Below are positions 56,799-64,000 of a stretch of DNA of 64,000 nt, one piece after another. The notes beneath the pieces are model-generated. The model had not been told where the DNA came from, searched no databases, and worked only from the letters and a program-made list of their open reading frames with translations. The DNA is from an uncultured Alphaproteobacteria bacterium (GTDB lineage: Bacteria > Pseudomonadota > Alphaproteobacteria > Rs-D84). The DNA lies in the NCBI GenBank assembly GCA_944389525.1, contig CALXMR010000002.1, positions 55,259 to 119,258 on the forward strand, read 5' to 3'. The position numbers and the translations under genes were made by a program. How positions within the stretch are numbered: the stretch's first letter is position 1; each line of letters begins with the position of its first letter.

Positions 56799-57149
56799 AT
56801 GGCATTCACGTTCTTGAAACCAGCTGCAAAGAAACCTGCTGCGAAAAAGCCAGCGGCGAAACCAGCTGCAAAGAAACCAGCGGCAAAGAAAGTCGTTGCC
56901 AAGAAACCTGCTGCGAAAAAGCCAGCGGCGAAAAAGCCAGTTGCAAAGAAAGTCGCAGTGAAAAAACCAGTTGCAAAAAAACCGGTTGCAAAGAAACCTG
57001 TTGCGAAAAAGCCAGCGGCAAAAAAGCCAGTTGCAAAAAAAGTCGCAGCGAAAAAACCAGTTGCAAAAAAAGCAGCTGTTAAAAAAGCACCTGTGAAAAA
57101 AGTTGCGGCGAAAAAGCCTGCAAAGAAAGCATGTGCAAAGAAAAAATAA
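56799..57149 (+). CDS. Histone-H1-like lysine/alanine/proline repeat protein
   Basis: 116 aa from the ATG 6 nt after GGAGAG. About 20 tandem AKKP[AV] pentapeptides give a 15-nt DNA periodicity from about 56815 to 57140. The product is extremely basic. Confidence 0.65.
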   Translation: MAFTFLKPAAKKPAAKKPAAKPAAKKPAAKKVVAKKPAAKKPAAKKPVAKKVAVKKPVAKKPVAKKPVAKKPAAKKPVAKKVAAKKPVAKKAAVKKAPVKKVAAKKPAKKACAKKK

Positions 57150-57152
57150 TAT

Positions 57153-57179
57153 AATCCCCGCAATTGCGGGGATTTTTTT
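57153..57179 (+). terminator. Rho-independent terminator after the AKKP-repeat gene
   Basis: aatccccgc-aatt-gcggggatt followed by ttttt. A second hairpin with a T-run follows at 57187-57228. Confidence 0.75.
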
Positions 57180-57348
57180 GTCCCAGAATATCCAGTTGGA
57201 TTTATCAGTCCATCTGGATATTTTTTTGGGCAATCCCGTGTGGACCCATGTGTTTTGTTTTATGGCGCATATACATGCATAACCATGGCACAAAATTTTA
57301 TCGGCGCATTATGCGTCTGTTTAATTTTTAACCAAAGGAAAATAATAA

Positions 57349-58185
57349 ATGTCTGTTTCAGTTGACCAGGTTTTTATAAAACAATTCGAAGCCGATGTTC
57401 ATCTGGCATACCAACAGATGGGAACCAAGTTGCGTGCAACCGTACGCAGCAAATCTGGGGTAATTGGTGCATCGACCACATTTCAAAAGGTTGGGCGCGG
57501 CACGGCCAGTACTAAATCGCGTCACGGAATTGTACCTGTTATGAATTTAAACCACGAACCAGTGGAATGTATATTACAAGATTATTATGCTGGCGATTGG
57601 GTTGATGCATTGGATGAATTGAAAACAAATGTTGATGAACGGCGCGTTGTTGCATCTGCTGGTGCGTATGCATTGGGCCGCAAGACCGATGAATTAATTA
57701 TATCTGCACTGGATACGGCTACATCTGCGGTTGGTGATTATTCAACCGGGCTGACCAAAGATTTGATTTTATCAGCTGTTGAAATCTTGAATGAAAACGA
57801 TGTACCAGATGATGGTCGCAGATTCGCAGTTGTTGGCGTGCATCAATGGAATGAACTGTTGTCGATGGATGAATTTGTATCCGCAGACTATGTCGGTAAT
57901 GATTTGCCATTGGTGTCGGGCGGTGCGTCCAAGAAATGGTTGGGCATAACATGGATTATGCATAACGATTTGCCGATGGATACCACGGACCAGCGCGATT
58001 GCTTTATCTATCACGCAACCAGTATCGGTCACGCATGTGGACAAGAAGTCAAGACAGATATCTCGTGGCATGGTGAACGCGCGGCGCACTTTATCAGTAA
58101 CAGCATGTCCCAAGGTGCTGTGATGATTGATGATGCCGGCATCGTTCGTCTGAAATGCAAAGATTCTGATTCAACGGGCGACTAA
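57349..58185 (+). CDS. Major capsid protein candidate
   Basis: 278 aa with an AAAGGAAA RBS. It lies between the scaffold-like and adaptor-like genes and is followed, one small gene later, by a strong terminator as in T7-like late operons. The family call is from context. Confidence 0.5.
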   Translation: MSVSVDQVFIKQFEADVHLAYQQMGTKLRATVRSKSGVIGASTTFQKVGRGTASTKSRHGIVPVMNLNHEPVECILQDYYAGDWVDALDELKTNVDERRVVASAGAYALGRKTDELIISALDTATSAVGDYSTGLTKDLILSAVEILNENDVPDDGRRFAVVGVHQWNELLSMDEFVSADYVGNDLPLVSGGASKKWLGITWIMHNDLPMDTTDQRDCFIYHATSIGHACGQEVKTDISWHGERAAHFISNSMSQGAVMIDDAGIVRLKCKDSDSTGD

Positions 58186-58217
58186 TAAAACACAATACAA
58201 ACCAAGGGAAATGACAA

Positions 58218-58445
58218 ATGGCGTTTCAAAATAAAAACTTGTCCGTGATTGCGTATGCAAACGGATTCACATTGTGGCACTATGCGGCGAACGAAACATT
58301 AACAACAATAACAGCATCTGGATATTTTGATGATGTTAAAACATTGATGAACAGCGGTGATATTGTAATCATCAATGCGTCAGACAGTACATCAATTAAA
58401 AAGGTTACTGTCAGTACTAATGTGTCTGTTGCGGCATTGTCATAA
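58218..58445 (+). CDS. Small phage protein (possible head decoration or accessory)
   Basis: 75 aa with an AAGGGAAA RBS. It lies between the capsid gene and the terminator. Confidence 0.4.
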   Translation: MAFQNKNLSVIAYANGFTLWHYAANETLTTITASGYFDDVKTLMNSGDIVIINASDSTSIKKVTVSTNVSVAALS

Positions 58446-58458
58446 TAAATTTTACATT

Positions 58459-58485
58459 GGGGCGGGATATTCCGCCCCGTTTTTT
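58459..58485 (+). terminator. Rho-independent terminator after the capsid module
   Basis: ggggcgg-gatatt-ccgcccc-g-ttttt. Confidence 0.8.
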
Positions 58486-58512
58486 AAACTTTAAAACAAT
58501 CGGATATAACAA

Positions 58513-59031
58513 ATGAATACAAAAATAGACCTGTGTTCGATGGCGTTGCTGAAACTGGGCGAAAGCCCAATTCAATCATTATTGGATGATACACCAGCGG
58601 CGCAACTAGGGCGCACCCTGTTTGATCCGGTGATTGATGCATTGTTGGCATCGCATCCGTGGCATTTTGCGACCAAGAATTTTGAACTGACCAAAAATAA
58701 TGATGGGGATTTTTTACTGCCGACTGAAATTTTGCGTGTATTAAAGTGTAGTGGTGAAATCATCGGTAACAATGTTATATCGCCCGCAGAAACAATATCT
58801 GTTACGGCAATTGTGCGCGTGGCACCAGAATTATTCCCCAGTTATTTTGTGTCATTGGCGGCGACTAAATTGGCGATGGAATTTTGTATCCCGCTGATTG
58901 GTGAACAAAATGTATTTCGTATGTTGGCGGCGTTATATGAAACAGAATTACAATCTGCAAAATTTATCGACAGCGCATCTGCGCCAACAATTGGAATCCA
59001 GAATTTTTCTTTGATTAACACACGATTTTAG
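58513..59031 (+). CDS. Podoviral head-tail adaptor / tail tubular protein A (gp11-like)
   Basis: IDLCSMALLKLGESPIQSLLDDTPAA...L...HPWHFA matches the gp11-type N-terminal pattern (IN.AL..IGE.PI.SL...W.F). 172 aa. Confidence 0.55.
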   Translation: MNTKIDLCSMALLKLGESPIQSLLDDTPAAQLGRTLFDPVIDALLASHPWHFATKNFELTKNNDGDFLLPTEILRVLKCSGEIIGNNVISPAETISVTAIVRVAPELFPSYFVSLAATKLAMEFCIPLIGEQNVFRMLAALYETELQSAKFIDSASAPTIGIQNFSLINTRF

Positions 59032-59045
59032 TTACGGGGGATAAA

Positions 59046-60761
59046 ATGGCAGATTTTATAAAAACGCAAAATTCATTTGCCGATGGCGAAGTTTCCCCAG
59101 AATTTTTTGCACGCGATAATTTAAATGGATTATCGCGATTGGAAAACATGGATGTTTTGTCGGGCGGTGGACTGCGCCGCCGGCGTGGGCTGGCATCGGT
59201 TGCAGAATTGTCGTCTGATGCGCGCCTGATACCATTTTCAGTTAGTGAATCCGCAGAATATTTGTTGGCATTAACCAATGGGCATGTATTGGTATACCAG
59301 GGTAATACACGCGTTGCAGATTTATTATCACCATGGAATTATGCGGCACTGGCGAAATTGCAATATGCCCAACGCTTTGGCACGATGATATTTGTTCATC
59401 CTGATTACCAGCCATATGTATTAGAACAGACAGATGGCGCATTTGATTTATCTGTGTTCAGTTTTGAACGCAATGATTCAGACATGTCAATAAATATGCC
59501 GTTTATGAAGTTTGATGATACAGACGGAATAAATATTACTGTTTCATCAAACGCATCTGGTAATAACTTTGCAACATTCACCACGAACAAGGCCCACTGG
59601 ACATCTGATGACGAAGGGGGGCGGTTGTTGATGTTGGGTAAACAGTGGCTGATTACAGAATATGTCAGTCCCACAGTTGTCTATGCAACCACCAACAGCA
59701 CATATACGATTCCTTCATCGTCTGTGTACGATTGGGCGGAATCCGCATTCAGTACACGCCGCGGCTGGCCATGCAGTATTACATTCCATCAAGACAGATT
59801 GATATTTGGTGGCTCGCGTTCGTGGCCGGGCGGAATATGGATGTCACGTGTTGGCAATCACAAGAATTTTAATGTGGGCACCGGACTGGATGACGAAGCG
59901 ATATTTATAACATTACTGTCGCAACAACGCCAGCAAATCTGCACAGTGGTCAGCAGTGATAACCTGCAAATATTGACCAATGTTGGGGAATGGGCAATTT
60001 CCAGCAAGCCCCTGACGCCGTCTGCGATAGATATAAAACAGCATACATCAGTGGGCAGTGTGGCATCACGATATCTGCCGCCGCAAAAGATAGAAGGCGC
60101 AACCGTGTTCATGTCTGCGGGCAAAAAAGACATTCGTGAACTTAGTCTGGATCAATTAGGTGAATACTATAACGCAAACGATTTATGCGCGGCGGCCAAG
60201 CATTTAATGAATGACCCAGTTGACTTGTCTTATAACCCAGACACGCGCCAGTTGTTTGTTGTCATGGCAAATGGTGACATGGCGGTGTTGAACCAGAATT
60301 CTGCATTGGGGATTTCTGCATGGGGACAATATAAAACCCAGGGCCAGTTTAAATCTGTCGCAACGGTGGGCGGCGAGACATATGTGGTTGTTTGTCGGGA
60401 CGATGATTTTTATCTGGAAAAGTTTTCAGACTCTGTATTAAACGATGCAGGTCAGTACGGCTTTTCATTTACTGCGGCGGCAATGCCGTTGCGGGCATCT
60501 GGGCACAATGCGACAATGACCAGAATCAGAAAGATATCTGCGCGGGTGCTGGACACAAAAACACTGTTTATAAACGATGCACGCGCATCATTGCCAAACG
60601 AAATCTATGCAGATGACGCGCCGGGATATACCGGTGATGTGTCGGTGAACCTGTTGGGGATGCAGCGCAATTGTGCCAGTGCACCCTGGAAAATTTCCAG
60701 CAGTGAACAATTACCGTCAACCATATTATCTGTGGCGATATATGGGTATTACATAGTTTAA
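59046..60761 (+). CDS. Large tail (nozzle / tubular protein B-like) protein
   Basis: 571 aa, directly after the gp11-like gene. The assignment rests on position and size only. Confidence 0.4.
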   Translation: MADFIKTQNSFADGEVSPEFFARDNLNGLSRLENMDVLSGGGLRRRRGLASVAELSSDARLIPFSVSESAEYLLALTNGHVLVYQGNTRVADLLSPWNYAALAKLQYAQRFGTMIFVHPDYQPYVLEQTDGAFDLSVFSFERNDSDMSINMPFMKFDDTDGINITVSSNASGNNFATFTTNKAHWTSDDEGGRLLMLGKQWLITEYVSPTVVYATTNSTYTIPSSSVYDWAESAFSTRRGWPCSITFHQDRLIFGGSRSWPGGIWMSRVGNHKNFNVGTGLDDEAIFITLLSQQRQQICTVVSSDNLQILTNVGEWAISSKPLTPSAIDIKQHTSVGSVASRYLPPQKIEGATVFMSAGKKDIRELSLDQLGEYYNANDLCAAAKHLMNDPVDLSYNPDTRQLFVVMANGDMAVLNQNSALGISAWGQYKTQGQFKSVATVGGETYVVVCRDDDFYLEKFSDSVLNDAGQYGFSFTAAAMPLRASGHNATMTRIRKISARVLDTKTLFINDARASLPNEIYADDAPGYTGDVSVNLLGMQRNCASAPWKISSSEQLPSTILSVAIYGYYIV

Positions 60762-60784
60762 ATAAAAACCAAAGGGGAAATATT

Positions 60785-61132
60785 ATGGGACAATTGGTAT
60801 CAGATGTTAAAAGCATACTGGATTATAATGATTCGAAAAAATCCGCGGAAAACGAACGCCAGAAAATCTTGGCAGAAATGGCGGCCGATGAACGCGAAAA
60901 AACGAACCTGGTCAAAAAAACTTTGGCCACCCAGCGGGCAAAATACGGTGCATCTGGCGCATCGGCACGCAGTATGTCAACGGGTGCAGTACTGCGCCGC
61001 TTGCAGTCTGAAACAGAAAAACCATACAACGAACGGCGGCGCACAAACGCGGAAAAATTATGGCAGACCCGTGCATCGCGCCCAAATCTGTTGCAAAAAT
61101 TGCTGGACAGATTTGATGATTTGGTCGGATAA
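60785..61132 (+). CDS. Small basic coiled-coil phage protein
   Basis: 115-aa ORF inside the collinear cluster. Confidence 0.4.
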   Translation: MGQLVSDVKSILDYNDSKKSAENERQKILAEMAADEREKTNLVKKTLATQRAKYGASGASARSMSTGAVLRRLQSETEKPYNERRRTNAEKLWQTRASRPNLLQKLLDRFDDLVG

Positions 61133-61144
61133 ACGGGGGATAAA

Positions 61145-61693
61145 ATGTACAAGATATCATATACTGGCGATGGGCAAACAACCCAATATCTGTTTGCATT
61201 CCCGTTTTTCCAGGACGCTGATGTTCGCGTTGCGTTGGATGAAACTGTCTTGGGTACAGATAAATACGCAGTGATTGCAAATGATGATTTTGATGGTGGT
61301 ACAGTGTCATTCTTAACGCCGCCCGCCGATGGCGTACAGATAGACATCTTTCGTCAAATATCGCTGTCGCGTGTTATCGATTACCAACCGACTGCAAAAA
61401 TAGATCCAGAAAACCTGAATACAGATTTTAATTTTTTGGTCGAAGCATTTCGGGATTTGCACGAAATAGATATTGATTTGACCCAATGGAAAAATACGCA
61501 CGATAATGTCATGGCATTCTTGGAATATAACCTGGATGTAATCCAAGACAAACTGGGGGGCGGGGCGGTAATGGGGCTGTACAATAATCTGGTATCTGTT
61601 TTGGAAAATGCATTACCGCAGCTGATAAACGATTACGGCAGCATCACAGACACGGCCCCAAATGAAACACGCGATGATTACGGCGTTTTATGA
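61145..61693 (+). CDS. Tail-fibre N-terminal (T7 gp17-N-like) domain protein, short
   Basis: MYKISYTGDGQTTQYLFAFPFFQDADVRVALDE resembles the Y.GDG.T..F...F......I.V motif of podoviral fibre anchors. At only 182 aa, no distal receptor-binding part is present. Confidence 0.5.
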   Translation: MYKISYTGDGQTTQYLFAFPFFQDADVRVALDETVLGTDKYAVIANDDFDGGTVSFLTPPADGVQIDIFRQISLSRVIDYQPTAKIDPENLNTDFNFLVEAFRDLHEIDIDLTQWKNTHDNVMAFLEYNLDVIQDKLGGGAVMGLYNNLVSVLENALPQLINDYGSITDTAPNETRDDYGVL

Positions 61694-62282
61694 TTTTTTG
61701 GATGAATGGAACACTGTGCTGGGGCTGAATACACCGGCACATCATCGGCGCATAATGGAATTTTTAGTATCCATATGGGAAACGCCACCGCGGCGTGGGT
61801 TGCTGATGGCATTTCGGCATTCTGGGAAATCGACAGTGGTCGGGATTTTTGCCGCGTGCGTTTTGTATATGCGCCCAGAAACCAGAATATTAATTCTGTC
61901 CGCAGAAACCAGTTTGGCCACGCGCATGGTATCGCATATTCGGCATATACTGGAAAATCATCCGCGATGTGAAAATCTGGTTCCGGCAAATAAAAAGGAA
62001 TGGGCCAGTGGTCGCATAACTATAAATCGCCCCATTGGCATTCGTGAACCGTCTGTTGTATGCCAGGGTATTCATGGTAACATCACTGGCATGCGTGCCG
62101 ATTTGATTATTTGTGATGACATAGAAGTTCCAAATACATCAAACACCGCACAAAAGCGTGCCGCACTGCGCGAACGCTTGCGCGAACTGGATTTTATTTT
62201 GTCGCCGACCGGCACAATGATTTATATTGGCACGCCACACACAATGGATACGATTTACAGAACGCGTGATGATGACGATTAA
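61662..62282 (+). CDS. Terminase large subunit, ATPase domain only (truncated; possible pseudogene)
   Basis: Walker A FRHSGKSTV and Walker B ADLIICDDIE, then GTPH. The ORF ends after 206 aa and no nuclease domain is encoded downstream. The next gene is on the opposite strand. Confidence 0.55.
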   Translation: MKHAMITAFYDFLDEWNTVLGLNTPAHHRRIMEFLVSIWETPPRRGLLMAFRHSGKSTVVGIFAACVLYMRPETRILILSAETSLATRMVSHIRHILENHPRCENLVPANKKEWASGRITINRPIGIREPSVVCQGIHGNITGMRADLIICDDIEVPNTSNTAQKRAALRERLRELDFILSPTGTMIYIGTPHTMDTIYRTRDDDD

Positions 62283-62959
62283 ACAGATGTTGGTGCATCT
62301 GGGGCATTATCTGTATCAATTGGCTTCATCGCAGATATAAACGAACGCAATTTTTCCAACAGTTCTGTACCTGCATCGCCAAACATCGGCAGATAAGTTT
62401 CATATTCGGGCATATCCGCCTGTAATTGTGCGCGTGCGCGTTCAGATAACGGCTGGTTCAGCATATCGCTGGCAACCTTCCATAAATAATATGCGCGATA
62501 TGTTTTCATAACGATTGACCATTTTTCTGCCATATCTGGGCGCGCCGACAATGCCGCGCGTATTGCCACAGGCCATTGGTCGCCGAATTTTTTGATAACA
62601 TTTAACTGTTGAATTCTGTCCAGACCATCTTGATCAGTTGTAAATTCGTTGATACCCGATTCCAGTTCGGCCCATTCGTCTGGGGTCAGTGGTACGGTTG
62701 CGATTGTTTCAGACATCATACCGCCGTATGGCAACAATTCGCGTTCAATGGAATCCATTTTGGTTTTTCCTGCGCGCAGATTTTCGATATGCTTTACCAG
62801 ATTTTTTCCGGTCGGCAATTCGCGCAATTCACGCAGAACATCTGGGGTTGCTTCGTCAACAAAGACCTGGTTCACGGCGGCCCAGCCACCGAATATAACA
62901 TGTTCCTGGCGATACAGGTTTAACAGTCTTTGTGCTGTTGTGCTGGCCTTGGTATTCAT
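62279..62959 (-). CDS. Hypothetical protein
   Basis: 226-aa ORF, helical and acidic, with no recognisable motif. It lies downstream of the repressor gene on the same strand. Confidence 0.4.
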   Translation of the reverse strand: MNTKASTTAQRLLNLYRQEHVIFGGWAAVNQVFVDEATPDVLRELRELPTGKNLVKHIENLRAGKTKMDSIERELLPYGGMMSETIATVPLTPDEWAELESGINEFTTDQDGLDRIQQLNVIKKFGDQWPVAIRAALSARPDMAEKWSIVMKTYRAYYLWKVASDMLNQPLSERARAQLQADMPEYETYLPMFGDAGTELLEKLRSFISAMKPIDTDNAPDAPTSV

Positions 62960-62983
62960 TTCGTCCCCCCTGTGTGCGAATTG

Positions 62984-63991
62984 TTATTCCATTACAATCA
63001 TTACAACCTTGTGCATAGTTTTGCCGATAATCTTTTCATCAGGCGATGAAACCTGGCCGTAAATTTTGCCCTTGGAATCTTGGCGGACACTGACGATTTG
63101 TGCGGTTGCCGTATCAGACGAATCCAGCGAATCAAAATCAGTATCGATGCATACCGCCATATCACCAACCGCCGCCGGTGTTTCGGCATCGGCAAAGACA
63201 TATGATTTTTCTGGGATAATGCCACCCAAACGCTTTGAATTTGGGATAATGGCATAAATTCCTTTGCGCCCTTCTAGTGGCATTGGGGCAACAATCATTG
63301 TTTTATCAGACTTTTTAAACGCGATTGATTTGCCCGCCGGCGCGCCGAATACCGGGACTAATTTTTTACGCGCGCTGTCATACAGTTTTGCACCATACAA
63401 ACTGCTGTGTACATCAATCCCAGACAACGGGTTACCGGGAATCAGTACAGATTTAACGCGTTCTTTGACCTTGTTAATCTGTTTATTCAGTTCGCCAGAT
63501 TTGTACATGTTTGCGATTTTATCAAACATATCGGCCACGGTATAAGAGAATGATTTTGCCAATGGTTCAATTTCATTTTGATATATTTCGCGTTGCCCAA
63601 CCTCTATCTTATGATAGACCGACAGTGTCATCCCCGCGTCTTTTGCGGCCTGGGCGATGGTTTTCCCAGACTGTTGGCGAATTTTGCGCAGCCCACTGCC
63701 GAATATTTTCAGGCCACTGTCTTCGTTGTCATTCAGGCGGCGTTTAATTTCGCTTTGCCATTGACCGGCAACATCATCAGATTCCTTGATAAATATATCG
63801 GATAATTTGCACCCCAGAATATTACAAATGTTCAACAGTTGTTTTTGATTTAAACGGCGAACACCTTTTTCAATCTTGGACACTGCCGACAGTGACAGAT
63901 TTGCCTGGCGTGCTAATTCAGTCATTTTCATGCCATTGGCCAAACGAATGTTTCTGATATTATTTGGGAATATTATTTCTTCTTGGGCCAT
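62984..63991 (-). CDS. Tandem-HTH (two XRE/Cro-C1 domains) repressor with an S24-like C-terminal domain
   Basis: HTH 1 is IRNIRLANGMKMTELARQANLSLSAVSKIEKG. HTH 2 is LRKIRQQSGKTIAQAAKDAGMTLSVYHKIEVG. The C-terminal ~130 aa has a LexA/CI-like layout, but the Ser-Lys dyad is not obvious (NSKRLGG in place of GDSMEP). Confidence 0.6.
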   Translation of the reverse strand: MAQEEIIFPNNIRNIRLANGMKMTELARQANLSLSAVSKIEKGVRRLNQKQLLNICNILGCKLSDIFIKESDDVAGQWQSEIKRRLNDNEDSGLKIFGSGLRKIRQQSGKTIAQAAKDAGMTLSVYHKIEVGQREIYQNEIEPLAKSFSYTVADMFDKIANMYKSGELNKQINKVKERVKSVLIPGNPLSGIDVHSSLYGAKLYDSARKKLVPVFGAPAGKSIAFKKSDKTMIVAPMPLEGRKGIYAIIPNSKRLGGIIPEKSYVFADAETPAAVGDMAVCIDTDFDSLDSSDTATAQIVSVRQDSKGKIYGQVSSPDEKIIGKTMHKVVMIVME

Positions 63992-64000
63992 CGCAAAACT

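Larger units (their letters stand above)
55416..62282 (+). mobile_element. Podovirus-like lysis and structural gene cluster (incomplete prophage or domesticated remnant)
   Basis: Ten collinear plus-strand genes: cell-wall hydrolase, holin-like, scaffold-like, AKKP-repeat protein, capsid-like, small protein, gp11-like adaptor, large tail protein, small protein, and fibre N-terminal domain. An eleventh, the terminase ATPase fragment, closes the cluster. No portal, integrase or replication genes are present in the window. Confidence 0.6.

Noticed and set aside
56717-57293. Several long minus-strand ORFs (148, 174 and 86 aa) made of FFA, FFC and LQLVS repeats.
   Set aside because: They are mirror images of the AKKP-repeat gene on the plus strand. 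The low-complexity repeat keeps every frame open. Only the plus-strand frame has an RBS and a terminator.
1-64000. CRISPR arrays, rRNA genes, transposases or IS elements.
   Set aside because: No regularly spaced short repeats with unique spacers were seen. The only repeat structures are the 63-bp direct-repeat pair with palindromic modules and the 15-nt coding repeat. There are no rRNA-like segments and no DDE or serine/tyrosine recombinase motifs in any ORF.

Overview
This 64-kb chromosomal window looks alphaproteobacterial. That is an inference from DUF4164-zapA and lptE-holA synteny, an Omp25/31-type porin, and overall gene content. Conserved housekeeping genes of moderate G+C are rpmG, parC, zapA, map, holA, lptE, gap, miaA, priA, recG, birA, ogt, tag, and tRNA-Leu, tRNA-Glu and tRNA-Asp. 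They are interrupted by clearly more AT-rich accessory blocks.

Main blocks, in order:
- 52-7142: a surface-polysaccharide biosynthesis operon with two fusion enzymes.
- 7188-8571: an orphan phage tail-fibre, chaperone-like and HNH trio.
- 12603-12942: a nested palindromic (MITE-like) repeat cluster.
- 12965-16920: a Slam (DUF560) outer-membrane translocon with two divergent paralogous TbpB-like surface lipoproteins.
- 19510-23558: two paralogous membrane proteins sharing a WRNNNPGN domain, flanking the zapA locus.
- 30708-33759: an NrdR-box-controlled anaerobic ribonucleotide reductase locus. The glycyl-radical loop of NrdD sits on its own 61-aa ORF.
- 37315-39940: an AT-rich three-gene islet next to tRNA-Glu.
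- 47069-48028: an orphan VirB11-like ATPase.
- 53464-53653, minus strand: a promoter-plus-terminator-bounded candidate sRNA of about 190 nt with CU-rich loops.
- 55416-62282: a compact podovirus-like lysis and structural cluster. It has no portal gene, a terminase reduced to its ATPase domain, and an embedded histone-H1-like AKKP-repeat protein. A tandem-HTH repressor follows.

All family assignments rest on motifs read by eye from the translations. No database search was run. No CRISPR array, rRNA, integrase or transposase was seen.
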